A stretch of 64,000 nucleotides of DNA from Tubulanus polymorphus (Eukaryota; Animalia; Nemertea), in the NCBI RefSeq assembly GCF_964204645.1, contig NC_134027.1, forward strand, positions 18,872,560 through 18,936,559. Direction: 5' to 3'. The notes under the pieces were generated by a model. It saw only the letters and a program-made list of their open reading frames with translations, had not been told where the DNA came from and did not search any database. Positions within the stretch are counted from its first letter, which is position 1, and the number at the start of each line of letters is the position of its first letter. Positions 59,801 to 64,000 of this stretch are shown piece by piece. Made by a program: the position numbers and the translations under genes.

Positions 59801-62343
59801 CTTCAACAGCCGATAGAACCGCACCCGCGTCTGTCAATCATCTTAATTAATTCATATACTAAAATGCCCGCTATGAAAAAACTATGCGGTGAATCAATCC
59901 AGAATTTTTCAGTAGAATGTCAAACACTAGGTACCTTTCTTTAAAGGTTACTGTAATTTGTTGTATGTCATTACCAATCAGTTATATAATACTTTATTCA
60001 TAACTTTGAAGCGGCGCGCCGGCAGTGAATGCTCAAGCAAGGTCAGTCACGTAGGTCAAAGATAACACGAAACAGACCATGGTTTTGCCGGTTAAGAGCG
60101 TCTCTTTTAAGAGCGTCAAATCTTCCTCTGAACTCCCACCAACAAGTTATAAGTGGCGACGCGAAAATGATGTCATCGACTCGCTACCATCTTATAACCT
60201 TCATGACTACGTCATGAAGGTAAAAAATTGGGATGATTGTGCTCTTGACAGTTACATTGTTACATAATAACTATTTTGTTGGACATGACTTACTGATTGT
60301 CCTGTAGCCATGAACTAACACAATTACAAGGCCTTAGGAAATTACAACTATGCACTAAACATTATGAACCTTTTTAAATTCTCTGTAATATGCTTTTCTG
60401 GAAGTTTCTACTGATTTGCCGCTATTAAAATCATCTAATCCAGCAGGTGTTTTTTGGTTTTGTTTTTTCTCGAATGCTGAAGCCCGTTTCTGAGCATCAC
60501 TGACTAAACTTGTCAAATTTCGTTTTTTATCTATGAGGTTTTGACGTTCTTGTTTTCGTTTCAATTTTGCTTGTTCCCTTTCCTCTTCAAGCTGAAAAAA
60601 TATATAATATAAATTTACTAATGGAAAACTTCTATGGTGAGTACATTCTTAATACGAAATACTGAAAGTGCTAATTTCATCCAAAGCAAAGTAATGACGT
60701 TTAATTCATCAGGGCCCGGATGTAGGGGCTAGCTTTGACAGGATCACTAAGAAATGAAAAAGGGCATAGGCTGTAAACACGTTCGATGCCGCCAATATCT
60801 TCATGGTGGGTGCACCGCAGTTTGCCATGACGAGTTATATCGTCATCGATTCAATGTCATTTTATAGAGTTATGAATGACCTGGCAGAGGCGAGAAAACA
60901 GCTAACAATTGTCTGGCAGTATGGAGAGACTAAGATATTATTAATGGGGGTAACTCAAGTCTGGTGCACACTTGAAATTTTTTCATTAAACTCTTCAGAA
61001 GGCAATGAATTTTAGCTTCTATTCTGGCTAATATTTCAAAAGAATATAATGACTAAAATCATTCTATATCACTTTTACAATGAAACTTTTATTCTTATAG
61101 ATTTCTATTTGATTTTCCACACTTTTCACTGGCAATGAGGAAAAGATAAAATTGAGAATCTCTTCACCATTGCCAGTGACGAGTTAGCTCGTTGTTGGTT
61201 TTTTACACTAACATAGATCAGTGTATTGATTTAGCAATGTACAAATAAAACTGGCAGCATATAAATTGTATAATGTCAAAAATTAGCGTTGGCAATGGCG
61301 ACAGGACCTTAACCGCTAGGTGGCAGCTAACGTGTTAACAAGCAACCCATCGCCAGATAATAGCATAGCTCTATTTTGTTGACTTCATTAATCTAATGGC
61401 CCCATTGCAAAGGGTTGGTTCCCTTGAGGGATCAAATCTAACTTGGGTGAGTACTGGCCCATAAACATCCCTACTAAATTTGGTAAGGATCTGTTAAATA
61501 CTATTTGACTAGTGGCAATTTGGCACCATCCCTAGGGCACTCTTTGGGAGTCAAATTGAAAAACTGCTCAACGTTGTAGAAGCCCTTCGCCTATAGAATA
61601 TCCATACCAAATTTGATATGCTGGGACTAGATGGGCTAAAAAGGCTCTACCCTTTATAATGCCACTGTTGGGGGGCTAATGAAAAGCTTGGCATCATAAC
61701 AATTTTGGCGATATAAAGAATGGCCTCTACATTGAATTTCAGTTACCGGGTAGATTGTTCAAATTTGCTTTCAGAGATAAGGTGGCGTTAATCAAATAAG
61801 CAGTGGCATTAAAAAAGGTTGATGTTAAACAGACATTGACCGCACTTGCTTGTATAGCCTGGATGGACAGACAACGACAACAGCCTCACCGCCCCTTCCC
61901 CCGCAATTTCTACATCAAATTTACATTAATCTCAAGAGACCAGTCAGACTAAAATCAGAGGTTTTTAAAAGCATTCAGCACTCCCACTCTTCACCAGAAG
62001 GTGTTTCATATGGAAGGTTTTCAGAAAATCCGTTTACTTGAACAGTTGCTAGAAGTTACTAGTTAACTGATCATCCGAAAGGGCCAAAATTTTCCTTAGT
62101 TGTCCCCCACAAGTTACGTTATGAAACCTACGCGGATTCTTCTATCTTCTGCTTCTTTGAGAATATCTTCTTTAAATGGGCATTTGTTTGGAACGCCAGG
62201 ATCCTTCTTTCCTAGAATATAAATATATACCTTTTAGATATGAAAAATGCTATAGGCATATCTGACATACCGCATGACAACTTACTTATTTTAGTGGTTT
62301 TTTTAGCAGCAAGTTTCTTGACTTTTTTATTGTGTTGGCGAAT
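42295..62343 (-). CDS. GNL3L: GNL3/GNL3L nucleostemin-family circularly permuted GTPase (5'-partial, 573 aa seen); exons 62286-62343, 62132-62211, 60370-60591, 57457-57592, 55654-55757, 51682-51826, 51505-51592, 51165-51276, 49311-49376, 47545-47687, 46782-46918, 42949-43106, 42467-42653, 42295-42380
   Basis: [34 protein letters not shown] (G5), LVLNKIDLVP (G4), GFPNTGKSS (G1), GATPGVT (G2), LLDSPG (G3), [22 protein letters not shown]-terminal DYDF. All introns are GT-AG and phase-compatible. Start codon not found in the window. Confidence 0.93.
43528..46175 (-). mobile_element. Helentron-derived non-autonomous element (HINE family A), copy 1, with five ~154-bp internal repeats
   Basis: On the - strand: 5' subTIR/hairpin CCACTTGGGACTTTAGTCCCAGCGGG, (GTCC)n microsatellite, tandem repeats, 3' subTIR CCCAAGTGGGC, short hairpin and CTAGT end, in a T-rich site. 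This is the DINE-1/HINE architecture. Confidence 0.85.
43628..44881 (-). mobile_element. HINE of a second family nested in HINE-A copy 1
   Basis: subTIRs GATGGGTTTC / GAAACCCATC, terminal hairpin and (GACA)14 at 44780-44835. Host sequence CATATACAA|AAACCAATG resumes after it. Confidence 0.8.
47832..48290 (-). mobile_element. HINE family B fragment (paralog of 54037-54868)
   Basis: ACAAGAGC.CCAAGGGGCAC.ATGGCCAGCC start and shared ATGGCTAATTAGCATATCAAGGTCATCCATCC block. Confidence 0.65.
49420..51111 (-). mobile_element. HINE-A copy 2 (a truncated copy 49420-49819 joined to a full copy from 49820)
   Basis: ACTAGGGGTCCAGGGAC at 49420 and 49820, 154-bp repeats, end GCTGGGACTTAAGTCCCAAGTGGGCTA. 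Confidence 0.88.
52307..53153. mobile_element. hAT-like MITE with 5-bp direct repeat
   Basis: GGTTT|CAGTGTTCTCC ... GGAGAACACTG|GGTTT. Confidence 0.7.
53426..55180 (-). mobile_element. HINE-A copy with nested LTR-like fragment (from 53445), HINE-C (about 53919-54928) and HINE-B (about 54037-54868)
   Basis: The HINE-A start is interrupted by TGTAAC. HINE-A sequence resumes at about 53860 and again at about 54930. Two successive HINE-type hairpin ends lie at 54868 and 54928. Confidence 0.7.
55973..57161. mobile_element. piggyBac-like non-autonomous element
   Basis: TCAA|CCCTTTCAGTA ... TACTGAAAGGG|TTAA. Confidence 0.65.
57891..59146 (-). mobile_element. HINE-A, complete copy with four 153-154 bp repeats
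   Basis: Both termini intact. GCCCCCTGG-containing motifs start at 57968, 58121, 58275 and 58429. Confidence 0.9.
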
Positions 62344-63137
62344 CTAAAAGAAAATCATAAATGTTCGCATGATTTCTTTTTCTTGGTTTCCAATCAGGGC
62401 TAATGTATCTGGGATTGGACCTGGAAATGGAACTAGGAATCCTAGTGAGATCACTTTGTAGACTTACTTCAAACTAGGGGAACATAGATGATGAGTCAAG
62501 TATCCATATCTCTAACTCTGATCTAGGCTACCATGTACAGTAGGGTACGCATAGGTCGGATCACAAAAAGACCGTAACTTTTGGTCCAACCTGTGCATAC
62601 CGAGTGACGCGTATCCAAATTAAATTTTGCCATTTTTCGGTAAGAGAAGTTATGCACATGTAAAGGAATGCCTTTAAAGATACGATAAATAGCCTACCTT
62701 ATAATTTTCATCTTTAGGAATAAAAGGACATTTTCTATTTTTTAAGAATTATGATTTATAGCCTGGCCTGACAAAAATCCTATTCATACAATGCATGTGT
62801 GACTTGTATTGTGTGCGCACCAATCTATCAGCCAAAATCGCAAGTCAGCTACAAGCCAATCAGTGTAATGGCAAGCCATGACAACGGCATGTAGAACCCA
62901 CGTGTTATACAGCCAATTCATTTACATTGGAAGGTCACATGGGATGATCGAAAAGTTTTTTTGTCTCTGATCTAAGCATATTGTATATAAACGTTTCGTC
63001 TATACATGCACGACAACATGACTTCTACCACCGCGTGTTAATTTCGTGGCAATAACTTGAATCAAATCAGTATAAAGTTACTTCTTTTTCAAGTTCTGCT
63101 AACACTAATGATTAATGAAGCTGAGCTGCTTATGTGT

Positions 63138-63685
63138 TAATGTCCATTTATTAATGGATGAGACATGTTTCTCAGGGATAGTTCACTTACTTTTTGGGGT
63201 ACATACCTCATAACGGTCTTAACAGATTGCCGAAAAATCGCGGACAACAACTGAATATCCGCTATTATTCCAGTTCTGTACCAATTAGATAGATTGGCAA
63301 GAAGACTCATTTAGTCCAGTTGAATAGGAGAGACAATCCTCCATTTTATGAAATTTCTTGAATTTGAACATTGTCACCATGCCTACGAAATGAAGTTATT
63401 TTTCTTGTGGGGTATCAACAACTAAATCAGGGTGGCATAGGCATGGTAACAATGTTCAAATTCAAGAAATTTCACAAAATGAGGGATTTACTCTCCTATT
63501 CAACTGGACTAAAGGAGTCTTTTTGCCAATCTATCTAATTGGTGCAGAACTGGAATAATATCGGATATTCAGTTGTTGTCCGCAATTTTTGGCTTTCCGT
63601 TAAGACCTAAATGAGGTATGTACCCCATAAGGTAAGCAAACTATCCCAGAAAAAACAGGTCTCATCCATTAATAAATGGACATTA
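63138..63685. repeat. Long inverted repeat (about 248-bp arms, 52-nt spacer), probably a foldback/MITE core
   Basis: 63138-63385 is the imperfect reverse complement of 63438-63685, e.g. TCCGC..TATTATTCCAGTTCTG.ACCAATTAGATAGATTGGCAA. Confidence 0.9.
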
Positions 63686-64000
63686 GACATTTGAAGCCAG
63701 ATCTTGAAATTTTGATCGAGACATATGAAAATTTACAACAATCTCACAATTGGACCGAGATATTTCATCCAAGTCCCACTTATGAAATTCGACTGATGCG
63801 TTTGGTACTGGCCAAAAGGCCATAGTTTTTTTGGCCAACAGGCCACTTTTCTAGCCTCAGATTTTTACCCGTATAACCCAGGATTGGCCTCATTCAATGG
63901 ATACGATCTTACTAACCAAAAAAAATCAGGATTAGTTACATTTTCCGGTCAAGGGGGAGTGAGACATAGGAATTTTATGCATAGGGCTATGTAATGAATA

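Noticed and set aside
62344-64000. First coding exon of GNL3L
   Set aside because: No KSKR..KYKI.KK-type N-terminal exon is recognisable. It is presumed to lie beyond the window.

Overview
AT-rich animal (invertebrate-like) genomic DNA with spliceosomal introns. About 1-12 kb is a nested transposon block. It holds a decayed Ty3/Gypsy pol and a second, diverged Gypsy 3' fragment with PPT and LTR. Both carry, in the env position, a splice-acceptor-led accessory ORF: two C2H2-type zinc fingers, an E/K coiled coil, a PxYSPE motif and (seen in copy 2) two HVHP..CxxC motifs. In copy 1 this ORF is split by two Mutator-type insertions, one encoding a near-intact FLYWCH-MULE transposase. An AT-rich Polinton/virus-like fragment separates the two copies. 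About 12.4-37.4 kb is a + strand TDG (G/T-mismatch thymine DNA glycosylase) gene with 8 coding exons, about 624 aa, and a long low-complexity tail with several SUMO-consensus sites. About 42.3-62.3 kb is a convergent - strand GNL3/GNL3L (nucleostemin-family GTPase) gene with 14 exons visible and its start not found. Its introns are packed with co-oriented Helentron-derived HINEs whose 154-bp internal repeats each carry a CTCF-like motif. Many MITEs (pogo, hAT, IS3EU, Merlin, piggyBac-like) are also present. All calls were made by eye from the sequence, with no database searches.
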